From a virus, in the UHGV virus genome UHGV-0200643: a stretch of DNA of 38,172 nt; one strand, written 5' to 3'. Positions 1 through 9,538 of the stretch are shown piece after piece. The notes beneath the pieces are model-generated. The model did not search any database. It worked only from the letters and a program-made list of their open reading frames with translations, and had not been told where the DNA came from. Positions within the stretch are counted from its first letter, which is position 1. Each line of letters begins with the position of its first letter. Both the position numbers and the translations under genes were made by a program.

Positions 1-24
1 ATTATAGCACAAGGAGCGGATGGC

Positions 25-441
25 ATGATAGCGCTATTGAGAGAAGTCGATTTTTATCAAACTAAATGTAATGCAAGAAAAATATTGAAAAATTATCGTA
101 AGTGGGTACGTATAGCGGGAAAGTCAATGATAGATATTAAATCACCAGTCATGTCCGATATGCCAAAAGGTGATCGTTGGGGGAACAAGGTGGAAGATGG
201 CCTAGTTCAGTTTATGGAAGCCGAGGCGGAACGAGACGCTATTTTAGCTGCTTTAATGGCTTTAGGATTAACTAGCCGTCAAGTCCTTTACTATCGATAT
301 TGCACTACTGATAGCTACTCAAATTACAAAATAGCTCGTGAAATTGGCTACTCTGAGCGCAGCGTTGAAAGACTAATGTCAGAAGCTCTAATTGAATTTG
401 CTGAAGCTTATAAAAAAGGCAGATTGATCGCATATCGTTGA
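25..441 (+). CDS. ArpU-family phage late-gene transcriptional regulator (sigma-70 region-4-like)
   Basis: 138 aa. RBS AAGGAG is 6 nt upstream. The position immediately upstream of terS is typical for ArpU/RinA-type late activators. The C-terminus has an HTH-like segment (SRQVLYYRYCTTDSYSNYKIAREIGYSERSVERL). Confidence 0.65.
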   Translation: MIALLREVDFYQTKCNARKILKNYRKWVRIAGKSMIDIKSPVMSDMPKGDRWGNKVEDGLVQFMEAEAERDAILAALMALGLTSRQVLYYRYCTTDSYSNYKIAREIGYSERSVERLMSEALIEFAEAYKKGRLIAYR

Positions 442-783
442 ACAATTATTTTGGCGGTTTTTTGCGGGATATTTGGCGGTTTAATCACGTTTTTCTGCTA
501 TATACTATTATTATCAAATTAGTATATTTACAGCTAGTCAGACGAACATCATAAACAGGACAACTGCTAAAAAGCGGAGTAAATGAACAACCATCTGAAC
601 TAGCTGTTTTTATAGAGAGCATCAAAATTTATAGGCTACTCACATAACCTATAAAAAACAGAAGGAGGTGAACAGCTCCTTTCTCTGTTTCTACAATCTT
701 AGGCGGCACAATTAAAAAAATAAAGAAGGAAGTGAATAGCTCCTCTTCCTTTAAAGTTCATGTGCTGCCTGATACATATTTTT

Positions 784-815
784 GGATCACTCATTGAGTG
801 GTCTTTTTATTTTGC
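784..815 (+). terminator. Hairpin plus T-tract in the late-operon leader (possible attenuator)
   Basis: GATCACTC-ATT-GAGTGGTC stem with one mismatch, followed by TTTTTATTTTG. Confidence 0.35.
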
Positions 816-832
816 CCTTGGAGGTGTAGATA

Positions 833-898
833 ATGAGACAAATGCTAGATCGGATTAAACGTTTATTTGGCAAGCGTAACGGGTTGGTGACTACATAA
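833..898 (+). CDS. Tiny 21-codon ORF (MRQMLDRIKRLFGKRNGLVTT) with a strong SD, in the leader upstream of terS
   Basis: GGAGGT at 820-825 sits 7 nt before ATG 833; stop TAA at 896-898. Missing from the ORF track because it is under 60 aa. Confidence 0.25.
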   Translation: MRQMLDRIKRLFGKRNGLVTT

Positions 899-946
899 AT
901 ACAAGTTTTTCAAAACAAACACAGATAGCGAGGTGGTGGAAAATGG

Positions 947-1723
947 ATGGCTAGACAAAGAAATCCTTTGCGTGATGAGGCCTATAAACTATGGATTGAT
1001 TCTGATAAAAAGAAGCCATTGAAAGATATTGCTGAGGAATTGGGAGTATCGGCTTCAACTGTAAGAAAATGGAAATCAGAAGATAAATGGGATGGCGATA
1101 AGAAACGGAGCGCTCCGAATCAAAAAGAGCGTTACGATTCAATGCATGGCAATCAGAATGCGAAAGGTAATCCTGGTGGCAAACCACCACCCAATAATAA
1201 AAATGCTGTTAGCCACGGTCTGTTTGCTAACTGGTTGCCAGATGAAACTCTAGAAATTATGAACGAGGTTGCAACCTCTAAACCAGAGGATATCCTTTGG
1301 AACAATATTATGATTCAATATACGGCGATAATTAGAGCGCAAAAGATTATGTATGTGTATGATGGTGATCTTTCTAAAGAAGTATCTAAATGGTCTTCAA
1401 GCGAAAGTGGCAGTTCAGAAGAATATGCTATTCAGTATGCCTGGGATAAACAAGCAAACTTTATGAACGCTCAATCCAGAGCCATGAGCACGCTTGCTAA
1501 TTTAATCAAACAGTTTGTATCAATCGCTGATGAACAAGATGAACGACGCAAGAAACTTGAACTCATGAACACTCAAGTTGATCTAGCTAAAGCGCAATTG
1601 AAGCAATTGGACGATGGCTATGACCCTGCAGAAGAACAGACGATTATAGTTGATGACATACCTGTAATAGAAAGTGAGGTTGATTCAAATGGCAATGAAA
1701 GCCAAGACGAAGCCTCAGATTAA
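947..1723 (+). CDS. terS: Terminase small subunit (N-terminal HTH)
   Basis: 258 aa. The N-terminal HTH (ELGVSASTVRKWK) and acidic C-terminus are typical. It immediately precedes and overlaps the large subunit gene. RBS GAGGTGG is upstream. Confidence 0.7.
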   Translation: MARQRNPLRDEAYKLWIDSDKKKPLKDIAEELGVSASTVRKWKSEDKWDGDKKRSAPNQKERYDSMHGNQNAKGNPGGKPPPNNKNAVSHGLFANWLPDETLEIMNEVATSKPEDILWNNIMIQYTAIIRAQKIMYVYDGDLSKEVSKWSSSESGSSEEYAIQYAWDKQANFMNAQSRAMSTLANLIKQFVSIADEQDERRKKLELMNTQVDLAKAQLKQLDDGYDPAEEQTIIVDDIPVIESEVDSNGNESQDEASD

Positions 1724-3014
1724 ACTAACTGGAATGATTAACCCACATTTTTATAAGATGTGGCACACACAGTGCCCTTATATCTTAATGAAAGGTGGAC
1801 GTGGGTCATTTAAGTCGTCAGTTATCAGCTTAAAACTTGCGACTGAAATGAAGAAACATACGCAAGCAAAGCATAAAGTTAATGTAGTATGCATGATGAG
1901 CCAGCACAAGTATTTACGTGATGCGGTTTATCTTCAAATCAAATGGGCTTTGAATATGCTGGGCGTTGCAAATGAGTTCAGATATCGAATGTCACCGTTG
2001 ACTATTATTCATAAGAGGACTGGATCGGCGTTTTACTTTTATGGTGTTGATGATCCATTGAAACTTAAATCTAATGCGATAGGCGATATTATCTCACTGT
2101 GGTACGAAGAAGCTGCTAATTTTCAGAGTAGTGAAGTATTTGACCAAACCAACGCTACATTTATTCGTCAGCGTTCTGAATGGGTAGATCAAGTAAGAGT
2201 TTACTATTCGTGGAATCCTCCTAAGAATCCTTATGATTGGGTTAATGAATGGGTAGAGAAAAGTAAAGAGCTTGATGATCACTTAGTGGACCATTCAACT
2301 TACTTAGATGATGAATTAGGTTTTACTGATCCACAACAACTTAAACTAATAGAAACTTACCGCAAGAATGACGAAGACTATTACAAGTGGCTCTATCGTG
2401 GCGAAGTCATTGGATTAGGGACTCATATCTATAATATGAATCATTTCCACCCGTTGGATAAAATGCCTGATGACGACTACATAGTGAATCTCTATTTCTC
2501 AATCGATAGCGGGCACCAAGTGTCAGCTACAACGTGTGGTTGTTACGCGCTTACTAGAAAGAAGAACGTAATCTTGTTAGACACGTATTACTATAGCCCG
2601 GCAGGTAAAGTAAATAAGAAAGCACCGACCGAACTATCAAAAGACTTGCATGATTTCATTGATCGTTGCCAGGCTGAATATGATAAATATGCGTATCAAA
2701 TTACGATTGATTCGGCAGAAGGCGCATTAAGGAATCAATATTATCTAGATTACAACGTCCGGTTGCACACAGTAGCTAAAGCCAAAAAAGTAGATATGAT
2801 TGACCACGTTCAAAGCTTACTTGCACAAGGTAGGTTTTTTTATTTGGAAAAAGAAAGCAATAAGATATTTATTGAGGAACACAAAAAGTATCAATGGGAC
2901 GAAGACACGTTGAACAGTGATGATCCAAAAGTTATTAAAGAGGATGATCACTCTTGTGATGGATTCCAATATTTTGTACGTGATAATCTTCAAGACTTAG
3001 ACCTGAAATGGTAG
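1689..3014 (+). CDS. terL: Terminase large subunit (PBSX/Terminase_3-like ATPase-nuclease)
   Basis: About 441 aa. A Walker-like motif (LMKGGRGSFKSS) and a C-terminal nuclease region with acidic residues are present. The start is probably ATG 1689, in frame with the track ORF at 1674 and overlapping the terS end. Confidence 0.85.
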   Translation: MAMKAKTKPQIKLTGMINPHFYKMWHTQCPYILMKGGRGSFKSSVISLKLATEMKKHTQAKHKVNVVCMMSQHKYLRDAVYLQIKWALNMLGVANEFRYRMSPLTIIHKRTGSAFYFYGVDDPLKLKSNAIGDIISLWYEEAANFQSSEVFDQTNATFIRQRSEWVDQVRVYYSWNPPKNPYDWVNEWVEKSKELDDHLVDHSTYLDDELGFTDPQQLKLIETYRKNDEDYYKWLYRGEVIGLGTHIYNMNHFHPLDKMPDDDYIVNLYFSIDSGHQVSATTCGCYALTRKKNVILLDTYYYSPAGKVNKKAPTELSKDLHDFIDRCQAEYDKYAYQITIDSAEGALRNQYYLDYNVRLHTVAKAKKVDMIDHVQSLLAQGRFFYLEKESNKIFIEEHKKYQWDEDTLNSDDPKVIKEDDHSCDGFQYFVRDNLQDLDLKW

Positions 3015-3022
3015 GTGAGAAA

Positions 3023-4567
3023 ATGGGAGTATTCCAAACGATTAAAAGTATATTCAAGAGAGGAGTTGATAGCGTGAATATGAGTTTTACTGGTCGTGAT
3101 ATTGCGAAGGTAACAGATCATCCCAAAATAGGGATTGATTCAAGAGAATACGATCGGATTGCTAGAAACTTTAGATACTATTCCAATCTATTTCCTGATA
3201 TACAATATCGTAATTCATACGGGGAAACACAGAAAAGAGAATTTAAGTCCTTAAATATCACCAAGACAGCTTCTAGACGGTTAGCAAGTATCATCTTTAA
3301 TGAGAAGTGCAAAGTAGCATTAAAAGACAAGGAGGAGCAAGCAGAAGCTTCAAAAAGCATTCAATCAGCGGTAGAGTTCCTAGATAAAACACTTTATGAC
3401 AACAATTTCTACAATTTGTTTGAAATGAACCTTGAAAAAGGGATTGCTGCAGGCGGTTTTGCTATGCGGCCGTATGTTGACGGTGACAAGATCAAAATTT
3501 CATGGATCCGTGCAGATCAATTTTATCCGTTACGCTCTAACACAAATGAAGTAAGTGAATGCGCCATTGCAACAAAGACCATTCAAACAGAAGGTGACGT
3601 GAATTACTACTATACGTTGCTAGAATTCCATGAATGGCAAGATGATAAGTATGTTATCAGTAATGAGCTTTACAAATCTGATAACGATAATATCGTTGGT
3701 AAACAAATTTCATTAGCGGTTCTTTATCCTGATTTGGCTGAAACTGTCACATTAGAAGGTTTAAAGAGACCGCTTTTTGCGTATTTCAGAACACCTGGTG
3801 CGAATAACAAATCGTTAGAAAGTCCATTGGGCGCTGGTATTGTCGATAACTCAAAAGAGATTCTGGACACAATCAACACAACGCATGATCAATTTGCTTG
3901 GGAAATTCAGTTAGGTCAACGACGTGTTGTTGTTCCTGCAGAGTTTCTTAGAGTAGATCAATTGCGCCCGCCGCTGTTCGACACTGATCAGAATGTTTTT
4001 GCTGGTGTGTATGGTGCTGAAAATATCGGGGTTAAGGATATCACTACACCAATTCGGACGGTTCAATATAAGGATGCTATTAGTCATTTGATCAAAGAGT
4101 TTGAGGTGCAAGTTGGTTTATCTGTTGGCTCAATGAACTATGCAGACGATGGAATTAAAACAGCAACAGAAATTGTTTCTAACAATTCCATGACGTATCA
4201 AACCCGTTCAAGCTATTTAACGATGGTTGAAAAAGTTATTAACGAACTAATCCATTCTATTTTTGAGTTAGCAGGATATGGAGAAATGTTCGAAAGTGAA
4301 AAGCCTCTGTTCTCGATTGATTATGAGAGTTATTTAGTCACAGTGAGCTTTGAAGACGGTCTATTCGTTGATCGTAACAAACAACTAGAGAATGATTTAA
4401 AAGCTGTAACAGCTGGCGTAATGCCAAAGAAACAATTTCTTATCCGCAATTACAATTTAAACGAAGATGAATTAGAAGATTGGTTAGCTGCATTGAAAGA
4501 AGAAATGCCCGAAGCGGGATCAACCGAACGGCGTAGTCAAGATGCCTTATTCGATTTAGGTGATTAA
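3023..4567 (+). CDS. Portal protein (SPP1 gp6-like)
   Basis: About 514 aa, directly after terL, of the size and position expected for a portal. The start is probably ATG 3023 with AGGTGAG RBS; the track ORF begins at 3008. Confidence 0.8.
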   Translation: MGVFQTIKSIFKRGVDSVNMSFTGRDIAKVTDHPKIGIDSREYDRIARNFRYYSNLFPDIQYRNSYGETQKREFKSLNITKTASRRLASIIFNEKCKVALKDKEEQAEASKSIQSAVEFLDKTLYDNNFYNLFEMNLEKGIAAGGFAMRPYVDGDKIKISWIRADQFYPLRSNTNEVSECAIATKTIQTEGDVNYYYTLLEFHEWQDDKYVISNELYKSDNDNIVGKQISLAVLYPDLAETVTLEGLKRPLFAYFRTPGANNKSLESPLGAGIVDNSKEILDTINTTHDQFAWEIQLGQRRVVVPAEFLRVDQLRPPLFDTDQNVFAGVYGAENIGVKDITTPIRTVQYKDAISHLIKEFEVQVGLSVGSMNYADDGIKTATEIVSNNSMTYQTRSSYLTMVEKVINELIHSIFELAGYGEMFESEKPLFSIDYESYLVTVSFEDGLFVDRNKQLENDLKAVTAGVMPKKQFLIRNYNLNEDELEDWLAALKEEMPEAGSTERRSQDALFDLGD

Positions 4568-4569
4568 TT

Positions 4570-5706
4570 ATGATTACACCAGAAAAGATGCAAAAGACTG
4601 CGAATTCAATTATTAATATCTATTCAGAACTGGAAGACCGAATCTTTAACATCATAATCAAAGCGTTAAAACAGTCTCGTTTTCAAGATGTTGCAAAAGA
4701 AGACGTGCTTTTGTGGCAAGTAAAACAACTTTCTAAGATGGGTACATTAAACGATAAAGTTATTGATTTGTTAGCACGATATACAGGAGAGACTCAAGAA
4801 GCAATTGAGCAATTGATTAAGGGAAACGGTGTGAAGATCGTTGATGAAGTAGACCGTGAGCTTGAGCGAATGGTTCGTAAAAGCATTCCAGTCTCTGACG
4901 ATGTAGGAAAGATAATTGATTCTTTAATACGTCAAACTTTCCAAGACTTAAACAACAACGTCAATCAAACATTAATCACCACTAATTTCAATGAGAATAC
5001 AGTTATGCGAGCCTATCAAGCAATTCTTAAACAATCTACCCTAGAATCCATGACGGGTCTTAAAACGCATGAGAAGGCTGTAAAAGATAATGTCTATAAA
5101 ATGGTAGACATGGGAATTAAATCAGGTTTTGTCGATAAAGCTGGTCGTGAGTGGTCAATGGAGGCATACTCTCGAACCGTCGTTCAAACTACGTCACACA
5201 GAACATTCAACGATTTACGATTGCAACGAATGGAAGACTTTGACTGTGTGACTGCATTAATGAGTAGTCATCCAACAGCTAGAGAAGCGTGTGCGCCGAT
5301 ACAAGGTGATTGGGTATTAACTGTGCCGAAAAATGAAGCGCCAGACGAGTTCAAACATTTACCATCTATTTATGATCATGGATATGGCGAACCCAGTGGA
5401 ACGCAAGGAATTAATTGCACACACATTCTTTACCCCGGGAGACCTGATGTGAATACAAATAATCAACCGCAATATGACCCAGAAAAAGCACAAGAAAATG
5501 CTGAAATACAACAAAAACAGCGTAAGCTTGAGCGTGATATTCGCTATCAGAAGAAACGTATGAATGCGGCGGTAGAATTGGAGGATCCCGATACTGTACA
5601 AATGTGTAAGCAAGTTATTTCTAACAAGCAGAAACAGTTAAGAGAACTTATTGAAGACAACGAGTTCTTGGTACGTGATTACAGTAGGGAACAAATACAA
5701 AGTTAA
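4570..5706 (+). CDS. Minor capsid / head morphogenesis protein (SPP1 gp7 / Mu F-like)
   Basis: 378 aa following the portal. Position and size fit. The C-terminus is basic and coiled-coil. Confidence 0.65.
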   Translation: MITPEKMQKTANSIINIYSELEDRIFNIIIKALKQSRFQDVAKEDVLLWQVKQLSKMGTLNDKVIDLLARYTGETQEAIEQLIKGNGVKIVDEVDRELERMVRKSIPVSDDVGKIIDSLIRQTFQDLNNNVNQTLITTNFNENTVMRAYQAILKQSTLESMTGLKTHEKAVKDNVYKMVDMGIKSGFVDKAGREWSMEAYSRTVVQTTSHRTFNDLRLQRMEDFDCVTALMSSHPTAREACAPIQGDWVLTVPKNEAPDEFKHLPSIYDHGYGEPSGTQGINCTHILYPGRPDVNTNNQPQYDPEKAQENAEIQQKQRKLERDIRYQKKRMNAAVELEDPDTVQMCKQVISNKQKQLRELIEDNEFLVRDYSREQIQS

Positions 5707-5714
5707 TAATTTTA

Positions 5715-5744
5715 AGCTTAGCAAATGCTAGGCTTTTTATTTTG
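5715..5744 (+). terminator. Intrinsic terminator after the minor capsid gene
   Basis: AGCTTAGCA / TGCTAGGCT stem with one G-U pair, followed by TTTTTATTTT. Confidence 0.45.
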
Positions 5745-5807
5745 CCCTGAATACGGCGTTAAACTGTTCAATCCATCGAGGGCGTAGCCTCGTTAAACAA
5801 CGAAAGG

Positions 5808-6392
5808 ATGAATGAAATGAAACGAGAAGAATTAAAAGAATTGGGCTTAACAGATGAACAGATTGGATCAGTAATGGCTTTACACGGTGTAACTGTAAAC
5901 GAACTGAACAGCAAGGTGTCTACCGCGGAACAGCAAGCGACTCAGTATCAAGAACAGTTAGACAAAAATCAAAGTGAGCTTGATGACTTTAAAGCAAAGT
6001 CTAAAGGTAACGAAGATTTAGAGCAGCAAGTGACTGATTTACAAACGCGTCTTGACCAAAATAAAACCGATTCTGAACAACAGATTGCAGATATTAAGAA
6101 ATCATCAGCAATCGACTTAGCCCTAACACAAGCAGGGGCAAAGAATATTAAAGCTGCTAAAGCTTTAATAGATGGCGAGTCACTGGAATTAGCAGAGGAT
6201 GGATTAAAAGGATTAGATGACCAACTGGCCGCGCTTAAAGAAAGCGACGGTTATTTATTTGGCCAATCTGAACAGGTTCCACCTAATCCCGACGGTAAGA
6301 AGGCTACCTTTTCTGGGAATGCTAGTTCTGCGCAAAACGTTGAAGAAGATGCTTTTGCTAAAGCATTAGGAGTTATGCCAAACAAAAATTAA
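5808..6392 (+). CDS. Scaffolding protein
   Basis: 194 aa, highly charged with Q/E-rich coiled-coil, immediately upstream of the major capsid gene. ATG 5817 may be the true start given SD spacing. Confidence 0.6.
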   Translation: MNEMKREELKELGLTDEQIGSVMALHGVTVNELNSKVSTAEQQATQYQEQLDKNQSELDDFKAKSKGNEDLEQQVTDLQTRLDQNKTDSEQQIADIKKSSAIDLALTQAGAKNIKAAKALIDGESLELAEDGLKGLDDQLAALKESDGYLFGQSEQVPPNPDGKKATFSGNASSAQNVEEDAFAKALGVMPNKN

Positions 6393-6410
6393 ATTTGGAG
6401 GGAATAAAAT

Positions 6411-7283
6411 ATGGCAATTAATTACATTACAAAAGACAATGGGATTTTCGATCAGAAGATCACTCAAGGATTGTTAACGACGATCTTAGGTATTCCACAA
6501 GTTGAATTAGTGAACGGTGGTAAATCATTTACATTGACTACTATTTCAACTTCTGGTTTAAAAAACCACACACGCAACAAAGGATTTAACAGTGGAACTT
6601 ACGGAAATGACAAAAAAGTTTATACAATGGGACAAGATCGTGACGTTGAATTCTACATTGATAAACAAGATGTTGATGAAACAAATCAAGATTTGGCAGT
6701 AGCTAACATCTCAAATGTATTTATTACAGAACACGTGCAACCTGAAATTGATGCTTATCGTTTCTCTACTTTAGCTGCAGGAGCAGGCAAGACTAAGGAA
6801 GAAACAATTACTGAGAAAAATGCTTATTCTGCAATTAAAGCTGCTATTTTACCAGCACGTAAATTCGGCCCGCAAAACCTAGTAGCGTTTGTATCAACAA
6901 CAGTAATGGATGCACTAGAACGATCTACTGAGTTCACTCGCAACATTACCAATCAAAACGTTGGACAGACTGCTTTAGAATCCCGTGTTACTTCTCTTGA
7001 CGGTGTGTTGCTAGTCGAAGTTTGGGACGATACTCGTTTTAAAACGAAATACAATTTTTCAGATGGATACGTTGCTACCTCTGATGCAAAAGACATCAAT
7101 ATCTTAGTTGTCGCTAAACAAGCAGTTATCCCCGTGGTTAAAGAAAACACCGTCTTCTTGTTTGCGCCAGGCGAACATTCTCAAGGCGACGGGTACTTGT
7201 ACCAAAACCGTCTGTACCACGATTGCTTTATTAAAGAAAAACAAAAAGAAGGTGTATCTGTCTCTTTGGTCCCAAAAGGGTAG
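6411..7283 (+). CDS. Major capsid protein (0-frame product)
   Basis: 290 aa. Strong RBS GGAGGG. Located between the scaffold and connector genes. Confidence 0.7.
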   Translation: MAINYITKDNGIFDQKITQGLLTTILGIPQVELVNGGKSFTLTTISTSGLKNHTRNKGFNSGTYGNDKKVYTMGQDRDVEFYIDKQDVDETNQDLAVANISNVFITEHVQPEIDAYRFSTLAAGAGKTKEETITEKNAYSAIKAAILPARKFGPQNLVAFVSTTVMDALERSTEFTRNITNQNVGQTALESRVTSLDGVLLVEVWDDTRFKTKYNFSDGYVATSDAKDINILVVAKQAVIPVVKENTVFLFAPGEHSQGDGYLYQNRLYHDCFIKEKQKEGVSVSLVPKG

Positions 7284-7546
7284 ACCCATCCGGCGTAACT
7301 TTGAATAAAACAACAGCTACGCTAACGGTGGGAGCAACAGAAACATTGTCTGCTACTGTAGCACCGACTGATTCAACAGATAAATCAGTTCAATTCACTT
7401 CTAGCGATGTGACGGTTGCAACAGTAACGCCAGTGCAAGGAAAGGTTACTGCTATTAAAGTAGGAGCTACGACGGTCACAGCGAAAACCGTAAATGGCAA
7501 AACTGCTACTTGTGAAATCACAGTAACTGCACCAAGCGAAGGATAG
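7271..7546 (+). CDS. Big_2 (bacterial Ig-like) C-terminal extension of the major capsid protein, reached by a -1 programmed frameshift at C_CCA_AAA (7271-7277)
   Basis: The -1 frame is open from 7235 to 7546. The slippery heptamer X_XXY_YYZ ends 3 nt before the capsid stop TAG (7281-7283). The extension encodes TLTVGATETLSATV...KSVQFTSSDVTVATV...VTAKTVNGKTATCEITV, a Big_2-like pattern. Confidence 0.6.
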   Translation, partial: PKRVDPSGVTLNKTTATLTVGATETLSATVAPTDSTDKSVQFTSSDVTVATVTPVQGKVTAIKVGATTVTAKTVNGKTATCEITVTAPSEG

Positions 7547-7567
7547 TTTAGTAGCTATCCTTTTTTT
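7541..7567 (+). terminator. Intrinsic terminator after the capsid-Big_2 unit
   Basis: GGATAG-TTTAGTAG-CTATCC followed by TTTTTTT. Confidence 0.5.
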
Positions 7568-7585
7568 AATTGAAAGGAGGCAACT

Positions 7586-7984
7586 ATGAGCTATCTCACA
7601 CACGATGAATATAAAGAACTTGGATTTAGTAAAGTATCTGATGAAAAAGTATTCGACGAATTAGAACAATACGCTGAGCGCCAACTAAATCGTGTTACCG
7701 GTGATTTTTACATGAAAAACTCTTTGTCAGATGATACTTTCAAGTATCGTGTAGACAAGTTCAAAATCGCAATGGCTGTTCAAATTGAATACCTTAATTC
7801 CGTTGGAGTTACATCATTATCAGAGATTTTAAGTGCTTCGCCTGCCAGTGTTAGTGTCGGTCGTATGCGCATTGAATCTGGTAGTACAAATGCAGCAACA
7901 GTTGGCAGAACGATGGTTGCAACAGAGGCTTATAACGAGTTGATCTATACTGGACTTCTTTACAAGGGAGTTGACTATCGATGA
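7586..7984 (+). CDS. Head-tail connector (gp6-like / DNA-packaging protein)
   Basis: 132 aa. RBS AAAGGAGG. Canonical position after the capsid gene. Confidence 0.5.
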   Translation: MSYLTHDEYKELGFSKVSDEKVFDELEQYAERQLNRVTGDFYMKNSLSDDTFKYRVDKFKIAMAVQIEYLNSVGVTSLSEILSASPASVSVGRMRIESGSTNAATVGRTMVATEAYNELIYTGLLYKGVDYR

Positions 7985-8328
7985 TTCCTTTAATGCCAAA
8001 AGAACTTTGTAACCAGTTAATTACTTTGAGGCTGCTAGATGGTCATGACAAATGGCAAAAACCTGTCTTTTCTGAACCAATCACGATTAATCATATGATC
8101 TTTCAACCTCAAACAGTTTACAGTGGGAGTAATAACAATCGGCAAGTGGTAGCGAATGCTATCGCTTTTTTGTTTGCAGGTGTGTCTGACCCAATGCCAA
8201 CAATAACTAAGAAACATGTTGGTTCAGAGATTGATTTTGAGGGTGAGACTTACACTATCACAACAATCGTTGATAACCGCAATCCTTACAGCAATGAAGT
8301 TTATTCATATGAGCTGGAGGTGCTGTAA
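7981..8328 (+). CDS. Head closure / head-tail adaptor protein
   Basis: 115 aa, with overlapping start and stop codons with its neighbours, in the connector module. Confidence 0.45.
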   Translation: MIPLMPKELCNQLITLRLLDGHDKWQKPVFSEPITINHMIFQPQTVYSGSNNNRQVVANAIAFLFAGVSDPMPTITKKHVGSEIDFEGETYTITTIVDNRNPYSNEVYSYELEVL

Positions 8329-8663
8329 TGCTGCATGTTAAGGTCGAAAAAAACGGTGTAGATCGTAAGTTGTCGGTGGTGAATATCAATTCAGCACTGT
8401 ACTACATGACTGCTCAAATGCATCCAGACATGAACTTATATGCGCCAAAACGTCATGGGCATTTAAGAGACAAATCATTTGTGAGTAAGAACCGAATCAC
8501 GTATGCAGTGCCGTATGCACAAGCGCAGTTTAGAGGGTTTGTTAATGGGAGTAGAGTCAGAAACTATACGACTCCAGGTACCAGCCGTCGTTGGGATCTT
8601 AGAGCAAAAGCGAATCACATGGATGATTGGCGTAGAGCGTTTATCAAAGGGGGGAACTTGTAG
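8328..8663 (+). CDS. Tail component (HK97 gp10-like)
   Basis: 111 aa, translationally coupled, in the connector module. Confidence 0.45.
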   Translation: MLHVKVEKNGVDRKLSVVNINSALYYMTAQMHPDMNLYAPKRHGHLRDKSFVSKNRITYAVPYAQAQFRGFVNGSRVRNYTTPGTSRRWDLRAKANHMDDWRRAFIKGGNL

Positions 8664-9055
8664 TGGATTTATGGGAACGATTATCTGACTCGATAGATTC
8701 TATTCAAGGTCTCCCAATGCCATGCTCGATGGGATTTCTTAATGGAGAAGACACGCTTTGCGTCTATTCTATGCCAGGCAGTCGAACAGTTGAAGAATAC
8801 TTTGACGGTACGAAAGAACGAGAAATGCTGTATGAAGTCGGATTTAACACGACAGACCAAGAAAAAGCCAATCAAACTCTTTGGCTCATATCAAATCATT
8901 TGGACGAACTCTCAACTCTGAAATCAGAAGATGGGAGCTTCGTCTTTTTAGGTATCGAAATAAGTGAGACTCCTTTTGTTAGTGAACAGGACGTGCAAGG
9001 GAACTCAACTTATCTATTAGGTATCAAAATCACTATTCATCAATTCAAAAATTAG
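8663..9055 (+). CDS. Tail completion / tail terminator protein
   Basis: 130 aa, immediately upstream of the major tail protein. Confidence 0.45.
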   Translation: MDLWERLSDSIDSIQGLPMPCSMGFLNGEDTLCVYSMPGSRTVEEYFDGTKEREMLYEVGFNTTDQEKANQTLWLISNHLDELSTLKSEDGSFVFLGIEISETPFVSEQDVQGNSTYLLGIKITIHQFKN

Positions 9056-9067
9056 GAGGAAACACAA

Positions 9068-9538
9068 ATGGCAGAAAACAATAAAGAATTTTTACTGAAC
9101 TTTAAAAACAAATTGGAAATCGATACAGCGGGGAATACTGATATTGCAAATGTGGCTAGTGCGTCGTTTGCGGTACTTGGAGCAGGTATCACAACTATTA
9201 CTCCGGCTGCTGCAGATACTACTGATGCTTCTGCTTACTACGATGGTGGAGGATTCACTGACTCTACTGTAACTGGTAAAAACATCACATTCGCTGTAGC
9301 TGGACATCGTGTATTTGGTGACGCTGCGCAGGATTATGTTGCCGCTAAATTCTTATCTATTGGTGATGAATTGCGCACATTGGCTCAATGGACCGATGCA
9401 AAAGGGAATAAGGTACAAGCTGTGGTTACATTGACGGCTATCGTACCTTTTGGTGGAGCTGCGAATGCTAAGCAAACATTCAGCTTTACGATGGCGTTTA
9501 ACGGTAAACCAGTAACGGTACCAGCGGTGGGGGAGTAA
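9068..9538 (+). CDS. Major tail protein (0-frame product)
   Basis: 156 aa. Strong RBS AGGAGG. Ala/Thr/Gly-rich and beta-rich. Located before the tail chaperones and TMP. Confidence 0.65.
   Translation: MAENNKEFLLNFKNKLEIDTAGNTDIANVASASFAVLGAGITTITPAAADTTDASAYYDGGGFTDSTVTGKNITFAVAGHRVFGDAAQDYVAAKFLSIGDELRTLAQWTDAKGNKVQAVVTLTAIVPFGGAANAKQTFSFTMAFNGKPVTVPAVGE

Noticed and set aside
951-1190. Antisense ORFs inside terS/terL/portal and other genes (951..1190, 2094..2282, 3178..3360, 3911..4111, 5359..5613, etc.)
   Set aside because: They are fully embedded antisense to well-supported phage genes and have no translation signals.
7108-7308. 66-aa ORF overlapping the capsid 3' end in another frame
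   Set aside because: It is not the Big_2 frame. Its codon composition is poor. The real extension is in the -1 frame, reached by frameshifting.
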